From contig CANJVR010000004.1 in the NCBI GenBank assembly GCA_947478395.1, positions 224,001 to 288,000 of the forward strand: a stretch of DNA of 64,000 bases, given 5' to 3'. How positions within the stretch are numbered: position 1 is the stretch's first letter; the number at the start of each line of letters is the position of its first letter. This document shows positions 29,984 to 40,103 of this stretch, piece by piece. The position numbers were made by a program, and so were the translations under genes. The DNA comes from Opitutia bacterium. GTDB taxonomy: Bacteria; Verrucomicrobiota; Verrucomicrobiia; Opitutales; Opitutaceae. Below the pieces are notes generated by a model. The model saw only the letters and a program-made list of their open reading frames with translations, was not told the origin of the DNA and did no database searches.

Positions 29984-30904
29984 ATGTCCGCTGCACCCAT
30001 TCGCTACTACGACCGCTATTCGCGCACGCTGAAAACCGAGCAGATTTACGGCGAGGGCTGGCTCCGGTTTGCCTACGAAAATCCGGCGGGCCGGTTCTTC
30101 GTCTGGCTGCTTGCGAAGCGGGCGTGGTTTTCCCGGTGGTACGGACGGAAAATGACCAAGCGCGTGAGCGCGCTGGAGATCATTCCGTTCATCGCGAAGT
30201 ACAACCTCGACGTGGACGAGTTCGCGAAGTCGCCCTTCGACTTCAAGACGTTCAACGAGTTTTTCTATCGTGCGCTCAAGCCCACCGCCCGGCCCATCGC
30301 ACCCGGAGATCGGGTGGCGGTGTTTCCGGCCGATGGCCGGCATCTCGTGTTTCCGAACGTGGAAACGGTCGAGGGATTTTACGTCAAAGGGATGACATTT
30401 ACCCTGGCCGAACTTTTGGGTGAGGACGGGCTGCCGCCCGATGAGCAGAAACTCGCCCGCCAGTTTGCCGGCGGAGCGATGCTCATCTCGCGACTCTGCC
30501 CCGTGGACTACCATCGATTTCATTTCACCACGGGAGGAACGCCCGGCCCGGCGGGCCTGATCAACGGTTGTTTGTTTTCCGTCAGCCCGATCGCGCTGCG
30601 GCGCAACATCCGCTACCTCATCGAAAATAAACGCGAACTCACGGTCCTTGCTTCGCCCGTTTTCGGCGACGTGGCCTTGCTCGAAGTCGGCGCGACGAAC
30701 GTCGGTAGCATTGTGCAGAGTTTTATTTTGGGGCGCGAGATGAAGAAGGGCGACGAGAAGGGCCTCTTCGCCTTCGGCGGTTCGTGTGTGATCACGTTGT
30801 TTCAACGCGATCGTATTGTCTTCGACGCCGACGTCGTTGCGCAGAGTGCGCAATTCATCGAGACCTACGCGCGCATGGGCGACCGCCTCGGCGAAGCGGT
30901 TTAG
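29984..30904 (+). CDS. psd: Phosphatidylserine decarboxylase proenzyme (GGS type)
   Basis: FNEFFYRALK, FPADG, RLCPVDYHRFH, VGATNVGSI, FAFGGS cleavage motif. Confidence 0.92.
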   Translation: MSAAPIRYYDRYSRTLKTEQIYGEGWLRFAYENPAGRFFVWLLAKRAWFSRWYGRKMTKRVSALEIIPFIAKYNLDVDEFAKSPFDFKTFNEFFYRALKPTARPIAPGDRVAVFPADGRHLVFPNVETVEGFYVKGMTFTLAELLGEDGLPPDEQKLARQFAGGAMLISRLCPVDYHRFHFTTGGTPGPAGLINGCLFSVSPIALRRNIRYLIENKRELTVLASPVFGDVALLEVGATNVGSIVQSFILGREMKKGDEKGLFAFGGSCVITLFQRDRIVFDADVVAQSAQFIETYARMGDRLGEAV

Positions 30905-31185
30905 AAAACCGCGATCCACGCCGGAAAAACCGGCTCTTAATCCCGAAACCTTGAAATCGCTTCAGCGAGAGCTCGCCCTCAAACCGGAGTTGGCGCTCAA
31001 GCGACTGGGCCTAAAGTCGCCAGTCCAGTCGGCCCGCTCGATTCTTGCCTTGCCGCGTCAACTGCGTTTCGGTCCCCCGCTGATGCGAGGCTCCAGCATT
31101 CCCCGCCGGATTTTTTTCTCTTTGGCCTTGGATGATTTTTATTTGTCGGCCGACGCTGGGTCGGAAGAACGGCCGCTCTAGTACG

Positions 31186-34100
31186 ATGCCTCGCTCTCGA
31201 TTTTTTCGACTGTGGCCGATCGCGGTCGTGTGCTTCATCGCTGGCGTCACGGCGAGAAGTCAGTCCGTTCCCTCGCAGTCCGCTTGGACGAACCGCGTCT
31301 GGCAGGTCAACGACGGACTCCCCGATAATCGTGTCACGGGCGCCGTGCAGTCGTCCGACGGATACCTTTGGGTGGCCACGCGCGGCGGACTGGTACGCTT
31401 CAATGGTTTAACGTTTGAGAAATTCGATCTCACGGCGGTGGAGGGAGTAATCGGAAACGGAGTCAGGGTTATGTTTGCCGATACCGCCGGTAATCTGTGG
31501 GTGGGCGGCTATCGCGAAAAAATCATGCGGGTGAGCGGAGATTCCGTGCAGATGTATAGCGCCGCAGACGGCATGCCGACGGCTCAATTTTCTGCCTTTG
31601 CCGATGATGGAAAGGGGGGCGTCTGGCTCGCGTTCGGTAGTCACCTCTGTGCCCTCGAAGGCGGGCGCCTCCGGGAAATAACGTTGCCCGAAAGTCAGGG
31701 TGCGAACGGTGCTGTGGCACTGGCGTGCGATACTCAAGGCCGGGTCTGGTGCGCGCGCTACGGGCACGTGGGAATTCTTGCGGGTGGCCAATTCGAGGAA
31801 CGTTTTCGCCTCGAGGATGCGGAGGTGGAATTAACGGCCGCGCGCGGTGGTGGCCTGTGGGCCTGTGTGGGATCGCGGATTTTTCGGCTTCGCGACGATG
31901 CGCCCGCTTTGGCGAGCGCCGATCTTCCGCTTGAAATCCACGTTTTGTCTTTGTTGGAGGATCGGGCCGGCGGACTTTGGATCGGCACGGCCTCTAACGG
32001 TTTGTTTCGCTTCGCGGAGGGCAGCGTTGAAAAAGTGGAAACGTCCCATCAGCAGATCGCCACTTTGCTGGAGGATCGCGAGGGTAGCGTTTGGGTGGGG
32101 ACCTTTGGCGGTGGGTTGGACCGGCTACGGCCACGCGTATTGGACCTGATTGGACCGCGGTTGGGACTGCCGTTTGAAGCCGTTACTTCGGTGACTCAGG
32201 ATTCCGGCGGCGATTTTTGGGCGGTCGGCGGCACCGGCCAGCTCGCCCATGGCAATGGCAAGGTGTGGAAAGTTGTGCCCGAAGGAGGTGGAAGTGCTGT
32301 GGCCGTGGCGGCTGATCGGCAGGGGCGGATTTGGGTCGCGACGAAAGGCAAGGGCTTGCGCGAGTTTTACCCGTCGTCGGGCCGCATCCGGGTCTGGCAG
32401 CAAAGCGACGGTCTGCCGAGCAACACGCTCCGCTGTGTCTTTGTGGATCGGGACGACTCTCTTTGGTTTGCGACGGATGGGCCGACGAGGCTCTGCAAGC
32501 TAAGTGGTGGCGTGCTTCGAACCTGGCCGGTGGTCGAGGCGACGCGTAATATTCGCGCGATCATTCAGGACGCGCGTGGCGTCATCTGGGTTGGGACTTC
32601 GGATGGACAAGTATTGCAGGTTGCAGGTGACAATTTGGTCGGTGATCCCGCGTTTGCGGCGTCGCCTTTGAATTCCGTACGCTGCCTCGGAGCTACTCCG
32701 GACGGAAGCCTTTGGATTGGCTACGGAGATCGTGGGCTGGGGGTTTTTAAGGACGGACACTATGCGAGGTTGACCACGGCGACCGGCTTGGTGGACGACG
32801 CTATTTGCCAGATTGCCGTTGATCGTACCGGCTCGCTTTGGCTGGCGGGCGGTCGCGGTTTGGCGCGAGTCGCGGTGGACGCGGCGCTGGCCGTGGCCGA
32901 GGGACGGGCGACGACCCTTAACTCAACGCTCTACGGTCGGGAAGAGGGCCTGCCCAACATGCAGCCCCATTATGATAATTCTCCCGTCGTCTGTCAGAGC
33001 CCCGACGGCACGATTTCGTTTTCCACCAGCCTTGGGCTTCTCGTCCTGCACCCGGTAAATCTGCGCGATAACCCGGTGCCGCCGCCAGTGATCTTGGAGC
33101 GCGCGATGATCGATGATCAGCTGGTGGGCGTGCGAAGCAGTCGCTTCCCCTTTCGGGGTCCGGCGTTTGCGCGGATGTTCGAATTGGCCGAGCCCGGCAA
33201 ATCTCTGCTGGTCGCGCCCGAGCACCGCAAACTGGCGTTTGATTTCGCGGCGTTGAGTTATTCCGCGCCGGAGAACGTGCGATATCGCTATCGGCTCGAT
33301 GGCCTGGACGAAACCTGGACGGAGCCCGGCCGCCAGCGCACCGCGCAATATTCTCGCCTGCCCGCGGGTGACTACGTCTTCCGGGTCACTGCGAGCAACG
33401 ATGCCGGAGTGTGGAGCAAGGAGGGAGCTGTTTTGGCGATCACGGTGCGGCCGTTTTACTGGCAGACCTGGTGGTTTCGTTTCGGCCTGCTGGGAATCTT
33501 CACCTCCTCGATCGTGGCGGTAGTTCGATGGGCGTCGTTTCGGCGGCTGCGCGTCAAATTGCAACAGGCGGAACAACAGTCCGCGCTTTACAAGGAGCGG
33601 GCCCGCATCGCCCGGGATATTCACGACGAACTCGGCGGTGTTCTCACGCATATCAAATTGCGGAGTGAGCTGGCCGTGCGGGATCGCGACTCCACGGATC
33701 CCGCAGATGAACACATGCGCCAGATCACGGGCGCGACCCAGAAGATGCTCACATCGCTCGACGAAATCGTGTGGGCCATCAATCCGGGCAACGACACCCT
33801 GCCTCACTTGATCAGCTATCTCGGGCAGCACGCCGTGGAGTTTTTGCGCACGGCTGGGATCCGGTGCGTGCTCGATCTCCCGGAAAATCCGCCGGAGATC
33901 GGCGTAACACCGGAGGTGCGGCATCACTTGTTGCTCGTCGTGAAAGAGGCCCTCAACAACGTCGTGCGGCACGCCGGGGCCCACGCGGTCAGCATTCAAA
34001 TCAAGCTGGACGATGGATGGCTGCACGTCGTGATCGAAGACGATGGCCGCGGATTGACGCTCGCGCCGGCCGATTCCCAAGGCAACGGACTGCGCAACAT

Positions 34101-34203
34101 GCAGGAGCGCATGTCGGCGGCGGGCGGGCGCTTTCAGGTCGAAAATAAATCGAATACCGGTACGCGACTGCATTTCGCGGTTCCAGTGGGCCAACCGACA
34201 TGA
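31186..34203 (+). CDS. Sensor histidine kinase with periplasmic beta-propeller and Y_Y_Y domain (HisKA_3)
   Basis: Repeated DxxGxLWxGT blades, YRYRL..YSRLPAGDYVFRV, TM helix, ERARIARDIHD, DDGRG and GNGL boxes. Confidence 0.92.
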   Translation: MPRSRFFRLWPIAVVCFIAGVTARSQSVPSQSAWTNRVWQVNDGLPDNRVTGAVQSSDGYLWVATRGGLVRFNGLTFEKFDLTAVEGVIGNGVRVMFADTAGNLWVGGYREKIMRVSGDSVQMYSAADGMPTAQFSAFADDGKGGVWLAFGSHLCALEGGRLREITLPESQGANGAVALACDTQGRVWCARYGHVGILAGGQFEERFRLEDAEVELTAARGGGLWACVGSRIFRLRDDAPALASADLPLEIHVLSLLEDRAGGLWIGTASNGLFRFAEGSVEKVETSHQQIATLLEDREGSVWVGTFGGGLDRLRPRVLDLIGPRLGLPFEAVTSVTQDSGGDFWAVGGTGQLAHGNGKVWKVVPEGGGSAVAVAADRQGRIWVATKGKGLREFYPSSGRIRVWQQSDGLPSNTLRCVFVDRDDSLWFATDGPTRLCKLSGGVLRTWPVVEATRNIRAIIQDARGVIWVGTSDGQVLQVAGDNLVGDPAFAASPLNSVRCLGATPDGSLWIGYGDRGLGVFKDGHYARLTTATGLVDDAICQIAVDRTGSLWLAGGRGLARVAVDAALAVAEGRATTLNSTLYGREEGLPNMQPHYDNSPVVCQSPDGTISFSTSLGLLVLHPVNLRDNPVPPPVILERAMIDDQLVGVRSSRFPFRGPAFARMFELAEPGKSLLVAPEHRKLAFDFAALSYSAPENVRYRYRLDGLDETWTEPGRQRTAQYSRLPAGDYVFRVTASNDAGVWSKEGAVLAITVRPFYWQTWWFRFGLLGIFTSSIVAVVRWASFRRLRVKLQQAEQQSALYKERARIARDIHDELGGVLTHIKLRSELAVRDRDSTDPADEHMRQITGATQKMLTSLDEIVWAINPGNDTLPHLISYLGQHAVEFLRTAGIRCVLDLPENPPEIGVTPEVRHHLLLVVKEALNNVVRHAGAHAVSIQIKLDDGWLHVVIEDDGRGLTLAPADSQGNGLRNMQERMSAAGGRFQVENKSNTGTRLHFAVPVGQPT

Positions 34204-34286
34204 AGCGGCTCGTACTTTCGTCCGATTGAGTGGTTCTCGCTCTTTCGCTCCCACCCCCTTCCGCTGTTGGCCCTGCCCCTATTCCG

Positions 34287-34916
34287 ATGATCATCACCGT
34301 TTCCGTCGTCGAGGATAACACCGGCACCCGAGAAGGCTTGGTTAAACTTTTCAACCAAGCCCCCGGCTTTGCGTGCCAGCATTCTTATTCCTCCGGGGAG
34401 GCGGCGGTGCTTGGGCTGCTGAAAGAGGCTCCGCAGGTCGCGCTGATTGACATCAATCTGCCCGGCATGAGTGGCATCGAGTGTGTGCGGCAACTCAAAG
34501 TCCGCGCCCCGGAAATGCATGTGCTGATGCTCACGACGTACGAGGAAAGCGATCTGATCTTCGAGTCGTTGCGGGCGGGAGCGAATGGTTACCTGCTCAA
34601 GAAGATGCCGGCGAAGGAACTGATCGCGGCCGTCGAGCAGGTCCACGCCGGCGGCGCCCCGATGTCCATGCAGATCGCCCGCAAAGTCGTGGCCCACTTT
34701 CATCGGCTAAAAGAAAGCACGGACGAGTTGAGCCAGCTGACGAAGCGGGAGCACGAGATTCTCGGCTGCCTGGCCAAAGGACTTCTCTACAAGGAAATCG
34801 CTGAGCAACTGAATATTAGCATGAGTACCGTCCGGACGCATATCCATTCCGTGTACGAGAAACTCCATGTCCAGTCCCGGACCGAAGCGGTGGTAAGGTT
34901 TCTCGATCGGAAGTAG
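34287..34916 (+). CDS. NarL/LuxR-family response regulator
   Basis: VVED, LIDINLP, GANGYLLK, LTKREHEIL..GLLYKEIA..TVRTH..YEKLHV. Confidence 0.95.
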   Translation: MIITVSVVEDNTGTREGLVKLFNQAPGFACQHSYSSGEAAVLGLLKEAPQVALIDINLPGMSGIECVRQLKVRAPEMHVLMLTTYEESDLIFESLRAGANGYLLKKMPAKELIAAVEQVHAGGAPMSMQIARKVVAHFHRLKESTDELSQLTKREHEILGCLAKGLLYKEIAEQLNISMSTVRTHIHSVYEKLHVQSRTEAVVRFLDRK

Positions 34917-35210
34917 GAGTATTTTGGGCTGCCCGACCATCGGTGTGGCCTCGCGAGCAATTGCCAGAGGGCGCGGGAGTGCCGAGCAGGCTCATACAAA
35001 CGACCGATACCGCTCAGCCGGGTGATGCGTTACTCTCTCTTGGAGTCTGGAAATTTTCCGATGACTCGGCGCCGGCGGCGCACCGTCTTGTGCGGATCCG
35101 CTCACTCTCCCCCAAAACCCCAACCCCGTGGTCCATTCCCCATCCATCTCCGATGATCCTGCTCAGAGAGCAGGGAGAAACCCGTGGTTTGGGTCGGACT
35201 TAATCGCTTC

Positions 35211-36533
35211 ATGAAATTTCTTCGTCCGTGCTTCACCGTCGGTGGGTTGCTCGCGTTTTCCGTCGCGGTCTTCGCGGCGGCATCAGCCAAGCCCAATATC
35301 ATCTTCATTCTAGCCGATGACTACGGCATCGGTGAGGTGAGCGCCTACGGGGCCGACAACTATAAAACGCCCAATATCGACGCGCTCGCGCGCGGGGGAG
35401 TTAAGTTTACCCACGCCTACACGCCGTCGCTGTGCGGTCCGTCGCGCGCCACCATTCTGACGGGACGCTATTTGTTTCGCACCGGGGCCACGAACCAAGA
35501 CTCAACGGGACGGTTCACCCCCGCGGCCGAAACGATGATGCCTTCGATTTTGAAAGCGGCGGGCTACGCCACCGCGGCGATTGGCAAATGGGGTCAGCTT
35601 CCGCTCGGTCCGGGCGAATTTGGCTTCGATGAATACCTGAAGTTTCAAGGCAGTGGCATCTATTGGAACACGCAGGAAAAAGGGAAAACCTACGAGCTGA
35701 ACGGGAAGACGGTGCCGCTGCGGGACAAGGAGTACATGCCCGACGTGATGCATCAGCTGGCGGTTGATTTCATTTCGCGGCACCACGATCAGCCGTTTTA
35801 CCTCTACTACTCGATGTCGCATGTCCACGCGGAGATCCTTCCGACGCCGGAGAGCGCCGCGGACAGCAAGGACATCTACGCCGACAATGTAACCTACATG
35901 GACAAGCTCGTCGGCAAGCTGATCGCCGAGCTCGAGCGCCAGCACCTGAGGGAGAATACGCTCATTATTTTCTTCGGCGACAATGGTACCGCGAACCCAC
36001 GCTCGGACCGGGCCACGGTGGGCGGACGACGGCTCGATGGAGCCAAGGGTTCCATGTTGGAGGGCGGGAGCCTCGAGCCCTTGATCGCCAATTGGCCGGG
36101 CGTGACCCCGGCCGGAAAAATCTGCGCGGACATGATCGATTCCACGGATTTCATTCCCACGTTTGCCGAGCTGGCAGGAGCCAAATTGCCGGCGAACAAG
36201 GTCCTTGATGGCCACAGTTTTCTCCCGCAAGTACGCGGGCAAAAAGGATCGCCGCGGGATTGGGTGTTCCTGCAGCTCGCGAGGCAGTGGTATACGCGTG
36301 AAGCTGGGTGGAAGCTGACCCAAGCGGGCAACCTTTACGACATGAGTGACGCGCCGTTTTCGGAGAAGCTCGTGCCGGCGGACACCAAGGATCCAGTGGC
36401 CGTCGCGGCCCGGAAGCGGCTCCAAGCCGGCCTCGACCAACTTAATCCAGCCGGCGGTTTCCTCGACGATGGCGATGGTTCAGGCCGCCACGCCAAGAAC
36501 GTCGAAAAAGAGGCCCAGGCTAAAAAGAAGTAA
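35211..36533 (+). CDS. Sulfatase (S1, Cys-type)
   Basis: Signal peptide, PNIIFILADD, LCGPSRATILTG, GDNG. Confidence 0.92.
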   Translation: MKFLRPCFTVGGLLAFSVAVFAAASAKPNIIFILADDYGIGEVSAYGADNYKTPNIDALARGGVKFTHAYTPSLCGPSRATILTGRYLFRTGATNQDSTGRFTPAAETMMPSILKAAGYATAAIGKWGQLPLGPGEFGFDEYLKFQGSGIYWNTQEKGKTYELNGKTVPLRDKEYMPDVMHQLAVDFISRHHDQPFYLYYSMSHVHAEILPTPESAADSKDIYADNVTYMDKLVGKLIAELERQHLRENTLIIFFGDNGTANPRSDRATVGGRRLDGAKGSMLEGGSLEPLIANWPGVTPAGKICADMIDSTDFIPTFAELAGAKLPANKVLDGHSFLPQVRGQKGSPRDWVFLQLARQWYTREAGWKLTQAGNLYDMSDAPFSEKLVPADTKDPVAVAARKRLQAGLDQLNPAGGFLDDGDGSGRHAKNVEKEAQAKKK

Positions 36534-36563
36534 GCCGTGGTGCTTGCCTGCGTCGGTTGTCCC

Positions 36564-37025
36564 ATGAAAAAATTTCGCCATCATCTCCTCGCCTTCGTTG
36601 TCATTCTGAATGCGACGTTGCGTGCGGACGATGACCGCCTCGTCGCAGCCGTGCGGGCTGCGGATGATGCCCGCGTAGCGGCGACGATCGCCGGAGATCG
36701 GGCGAGCCTGGCGGCGATTTACTCGGATGGACTGCGCTATGTTCACTCGAGCGGAAAAATCGACGACAAGGCTGCGCACCTCGAGGGAATGGTGCAGCAC
36801 GTCACGGTCTACGAAAAAATTGACTACCAGACGCGTGAGTTTCAACCGGTCGCCCCGGGGGTGATGCTGATGGTGGGTCGCGCGGTGATTTATTCTTCCA
36901 ACGCCAAGGGCCGAAATCAGAGCGACGTGAACTTTCTGGCGGTTTGGCGGGAAGAGCAGGGCCGCTGGCGCTTCCTCTCGTGGCTCGCGTCCAAAAATCC
37001 TCCGCTGGACGGCGGGGCAAAGTGA
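36564..37025 (+). CDS. NTF2-like / DUF4440 secreted protein
   Basis: Signal peptide, LRYVHSSG, FLAVWREEQGRWR. Confidence 0.8.
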   Translation: MKKFRHHLLAFVVILNATLRADDDRLVAAVRAADDARVAATIAGDRASLAAIYSDGLRYVHSSGKIDDKAAHLEGMVQHVTVYEKIDYQTREFQPVAPGVMLMVGRAVIYSSNAKGRNQSDVNFLAVWREEQGRWRFLSWLASKNPPLDGGAK

Positions 37026-37054
37026 TGCGCCCTCGATTACCCCATTCATTCGCG

Positions 37055-38788
37055 ATGAAATTTATTCAATTTTTAGTTTTGGCGGTGGTGCTCGTGAGCG
37101 CACGACTGCACGGCGCCGGCGCGCCGCGGCCTAACTTTGTTATCATACTTTCGGATGACATGGGCTATTCGGATCTCGGTAGCTATGGCAGCGAGATCGC
37201 GACGCCCCATCTTGACGCCCTTGCGACGAAGGGCGTGCGTTTCACTCAATTCTATAACAACGCACGCTGTTGCCCGTCGCGGGCCTCGCTGCTCACCGGG
37301 TTGTATCCCCACCAAGCTGGCGTCGGCCACATGGTGGAAGATCGTGGGTTCGATGCCTACCGCGGCGAACTGAATGATCGCTGTGTGACGTTGGCTGAAG
37401 CGGTGAAACCTGCCGGCTACCGCAACTACGCCGTGGGCAAATGGCACGTGGTTCCGGGCAAGGACGCCGAGTCTCTCACGCACAAACAAAACTGGCCGCT
37501 GCAGCGGGGATTCGACCGCTTCTACGGTACGATCAATGGGTCGGGGAGTTTTTGGGATCCCAATTCCCTGATCCGCGACAACCGCGAGATCACCATCGCC
37601 AACGACCCGGAATATCGCCCGGCGGAATATTACTACACCGATGCCATCAGCGATCAGGCGACGCGTTTTATTGCCGAACACGCGCGAGATCACGCCGACG
37701 AGCCCTTCCTGCTTTATGTGGCTTATACCGCGGCCCACTGGCCCATGCACGCGCGTGAGAGCGACATCGCAAAATATCGCGGGCGTTACGATGCCGGGTA
37801 TGGTCCGATCGCCGCGGCCCGCTGGGCCAAGCAAAAACAATTGGGCGTTGCTCAGGCGGCCTGGGGCCTGCCGCCGCCGGCGGAGGATTGGTCCAAAGTA
37901 AAGAATCAGGCCTTTGAAGCCAGGGGGATGGAAGTTTACGCCGCGATGGTCGAAGTGATGGATGCGGGGATCGGTCGCATCGTCGCCGAGCTGAAAGCCC
38001 GCGGTCAGCTCGACAACACCGTTATCTGTTTCATGCAAGACAACGGCGGTTGCGCCGAGACGAACGGTCGTATCGGCGAAGCGACGCCCCGCGCCGATCA
38101 TCCCACGCTGGCCCCGCTCAGCGTCGACACCGCGCAATACGGCAACCAACCGACGCAGACTCGTGACGGCTGGCCGATTCGCAGCGGCTATGGCGTCATG
38201 CCCGGTCCCGCGGACACGTTTGTCGCTTACGGCCGGGGCTGGGCGAATGTCAGCAACACTCCCTTCCGTGAATATAAACATTGGGTCCAAGAAGGCGGCA
38301 TTTCGACTCCGCTCATTGTCCATTGGCCCGCTGGCATCGCCCCCGCGCGGCGTGGTCAGCTTGAGCCGCAGCCCGGTCATTTAATCGATCTGATGGCGAC
38401 GTGCGTCGATTTGGCTGGCGCGAAATATCCCGCGCAGTTCGGCGGGCACACGATTCAACCCATGGAAGGAGTGAGCCTTCGGCCCGCGCTCGCAGGTGAG
38501 CCGCTGCCGCGCTCGCAGCCCATCTTTTGGGAGCACGAGGGCAACCGCGCGGTGCGCGATGGAAAATGGAAACTGGTCTCCAAGTACCCCGAGTCGTGGG
38601 CGCTTTATGATATCGAGGCCGACCGCACGGAGCAGCACGACCTTGCCGCTCGTGAATCGGAACGGGTGCGCACGATGTCGGCGCAATGGAACGGTTGGGC
38701 CGAGCGAATCGGAGTTCAGCCTTGGGCGGCGATCGAAGCGAACGCACCAGGAAAAGCGAACGCATCCGGTCGACCGCGCACTCAGTAA
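37055..38788 (+). CDS. Arylsulfatase-like sulfatase (S1, Cys-type)
   Basis: DDMGYSDLG, RCCPSRASLLTG, GKWH, YTAAHWP, NTPFREYK, WEHEGNRA. Confidence 0.92.
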   Translation: MKFIQFLVLAVVLVSARLHGAGAPRPNFVIILSDDMGYSDLGSYGSEIATPHLDALATKGVRFTQFYNNARCCPSRASLLTGLYPHQAGVGHMVEDRGFDAYRGELNDRCVTLAEAVKPAGYRNYAVGKWHVVPGKDAESLTHKQNWPLQRGFDRFYGTINGSGSFWDPNSLIRDNREITIANDPEYRPAEYYYTDAISDQATRFIAEHARDHADEPFLLYVAYTAAHWPMHARESDIAKYRGRYDAGYGPIAAARWAKQKQLGVAQAAWGLPPPAEDWSKVKNQAFEARGMEVYAAMVEVMDAGIGRIVAELKARGQLDNTVICFMQDNGGCAETNGRIGEATPRADHPTLAPLSVDTAQYGNQPTQTRDGWPIRSGYGVMPGPADTFVAYGRGWANVSNTPFREYKHWVQEGGISTPLIVHWPAGIAPARRGQLEPQPGHLIDLMATCVDLAGAKYPAQFGGHTIQPMEGVSLRPALAGEPLPRSQPIFWEHEGNRAVRDGKWKLVSKYPESWALYDIEADRTEQHDLAARESERVRTMSAQWNGWAERIGVQPWAAIEANAPGKANASGRPRTQ

Positions 38789-38798
38789 TTTTTATCGC

Positions 38799-40103
38799 AT
38801 GAATTTCCCCCTCCTCATCAACGCTGCAGATCCATCGGGCACCGCGGAGGCGTCATGCCCTCCTCGTAGTTTTTGGCGGCGCCCGCGTTCTTCGTGGCAG
38901 CGATTCATTGCCGGCGTCCTGGTCGTTGCGACCGGGCTCAGCCTCGCGGAGGAAAAGGTCGCGGCCGCCGCCGATTCTAGTCCGCCGCTGCGCGCGGTGA
39001 TCGCCCAGGCCCTCACCCAATCTGCCGACCAGTACACTTGGATGCTGGCGCATCTTCCGGACCAAAATCGAATGCCCCGCACCATCGAGAAGGGGAAATT
39101 GGTGACCATCTTGGAGCGTGATTGGACCGCGGGATTTTTTCCGGGTTCGTTGTGGTACCTCTTCGAAGCTACCGGGGACTCCAAGTGGCGAGCGGCTGCC
39201 CAGCACTTCACTCAACTGCTCGAGGGAGAACGCCTCAATCGCACGACTCACGATGTCGGCTTCATCTTGAACAGCAGTTTTGGGAATGGCCTCCGTCTGA
39301 CCCAGAATCCGGCCTACCGCTTGGTCCTGCTCGAGGGCGCTGAATCCCTGAGCACGCGCTATTCCCCCGTGGTCCGCAGCATCAAGTCATGGGACCGCAG
39401 TCCCACCGAATACACGTATCCCGTTATCATCGACAACATGATGAACTTGGAACTGCTCCTGTGGGCGGCGCGTTCCGGCGGGAATTCCCGGCTGCGGGAA
39501 ATTGCGGTCGCGCACGCCGACACCACTCTGGCGAATCACTTTCGGCCGGACGGCAGTACCTTTCACGTGGTCGATTACGATACGGCGACGGGCCGGGTAT
39601 TGAGACGCATCACGCATCAAGGCACGGCGGACAGTTCTGCTTGGGCCCGGGGGCAATCTTGGAGCCTATATGGATTCACGATGATGTACCGGGAAACCAA
39701 GGACGTCCGGTATTTGCAGGCAGCCGAAAAGGTGGCGGAATTTCTCATGAATCACCCGCGTCTGCCCGCGGACAAAGTTCCCTATTGGGATTATGATGCG
39801 CCGGGACAGCCGAACGCGCCGCGCGATTCGTCCGCCGCGGCCATCATGTGCTCGGGCCTCTTTGAGCTCGCCCGCTTCGCCGCGGCCGCGCCGGCGGCTC
39901 GCTATCTGGCTTTTGCCGAAGCTCAGCTGCGCTCGCTGGCGTCGGATGCTTATCTGGCTGAGCCCGGGACCAACGGTGGTTTTCTGCTCAAGCACGCCAC
40001 CGGTAATTTCCCGAAAAACACCGAGGTTGATGGCCCGATTGACTACGCGGATTACTATTTTATCGAGGCGCTGATGCGGGCCCGGGAGGTCGCCGCCAAA
40101 TGA
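38799..40103 (+). CDS. GH88 unsaturated glucuronyl hydrolase
   Basis: WTAGFFPG, HDVGF, IIDNMMNLE, WARGQSW, DSSAAAI, YADYYFIEAL; start uncertain. Confidence 0.92.
   Translation: MNFPLLINAADPSGTAEASCPPRSFWRRPRSSWQRFIAGVLVVATGLSLAEEKVAAAADSSPPLRAVIAQALTQSADQYTWMLAHLPDQNRMPRTIEKGKLVTILERDWTAGFFPGSLWYLFEATGDSKWRAAAQHFTQLLEGERLNRTTHDVGFILNSSFGNGLRLTQNPAYRLVLLEGAESLSTRYSPVVRSIKSWDRSPTEYTYPVIIDNMMNLELLLWAARSGGNSRLREIAVAHADTTLANHFRPDGSTFHVVDYDTATGRVLRRITHQGTADSSAWARGQSWSLYGFTMMYRETKDVRYLQAAEKVAEFLMNHPRLPADKVPYWDYDAPGQPNAPRDSSAAAIMCSGLFELARFAAAAPAARYLAFAEAQLRSLASDAYLAEPGTNGGFLLKHATGNFPKNTEVDGPIDYADYYFIEALMRAREVAAK

Noticed and set aside
30905..31185. attL duplicate of the tRNA-Leu 3-prime end
   Set aside because: No matching sequence found by eye
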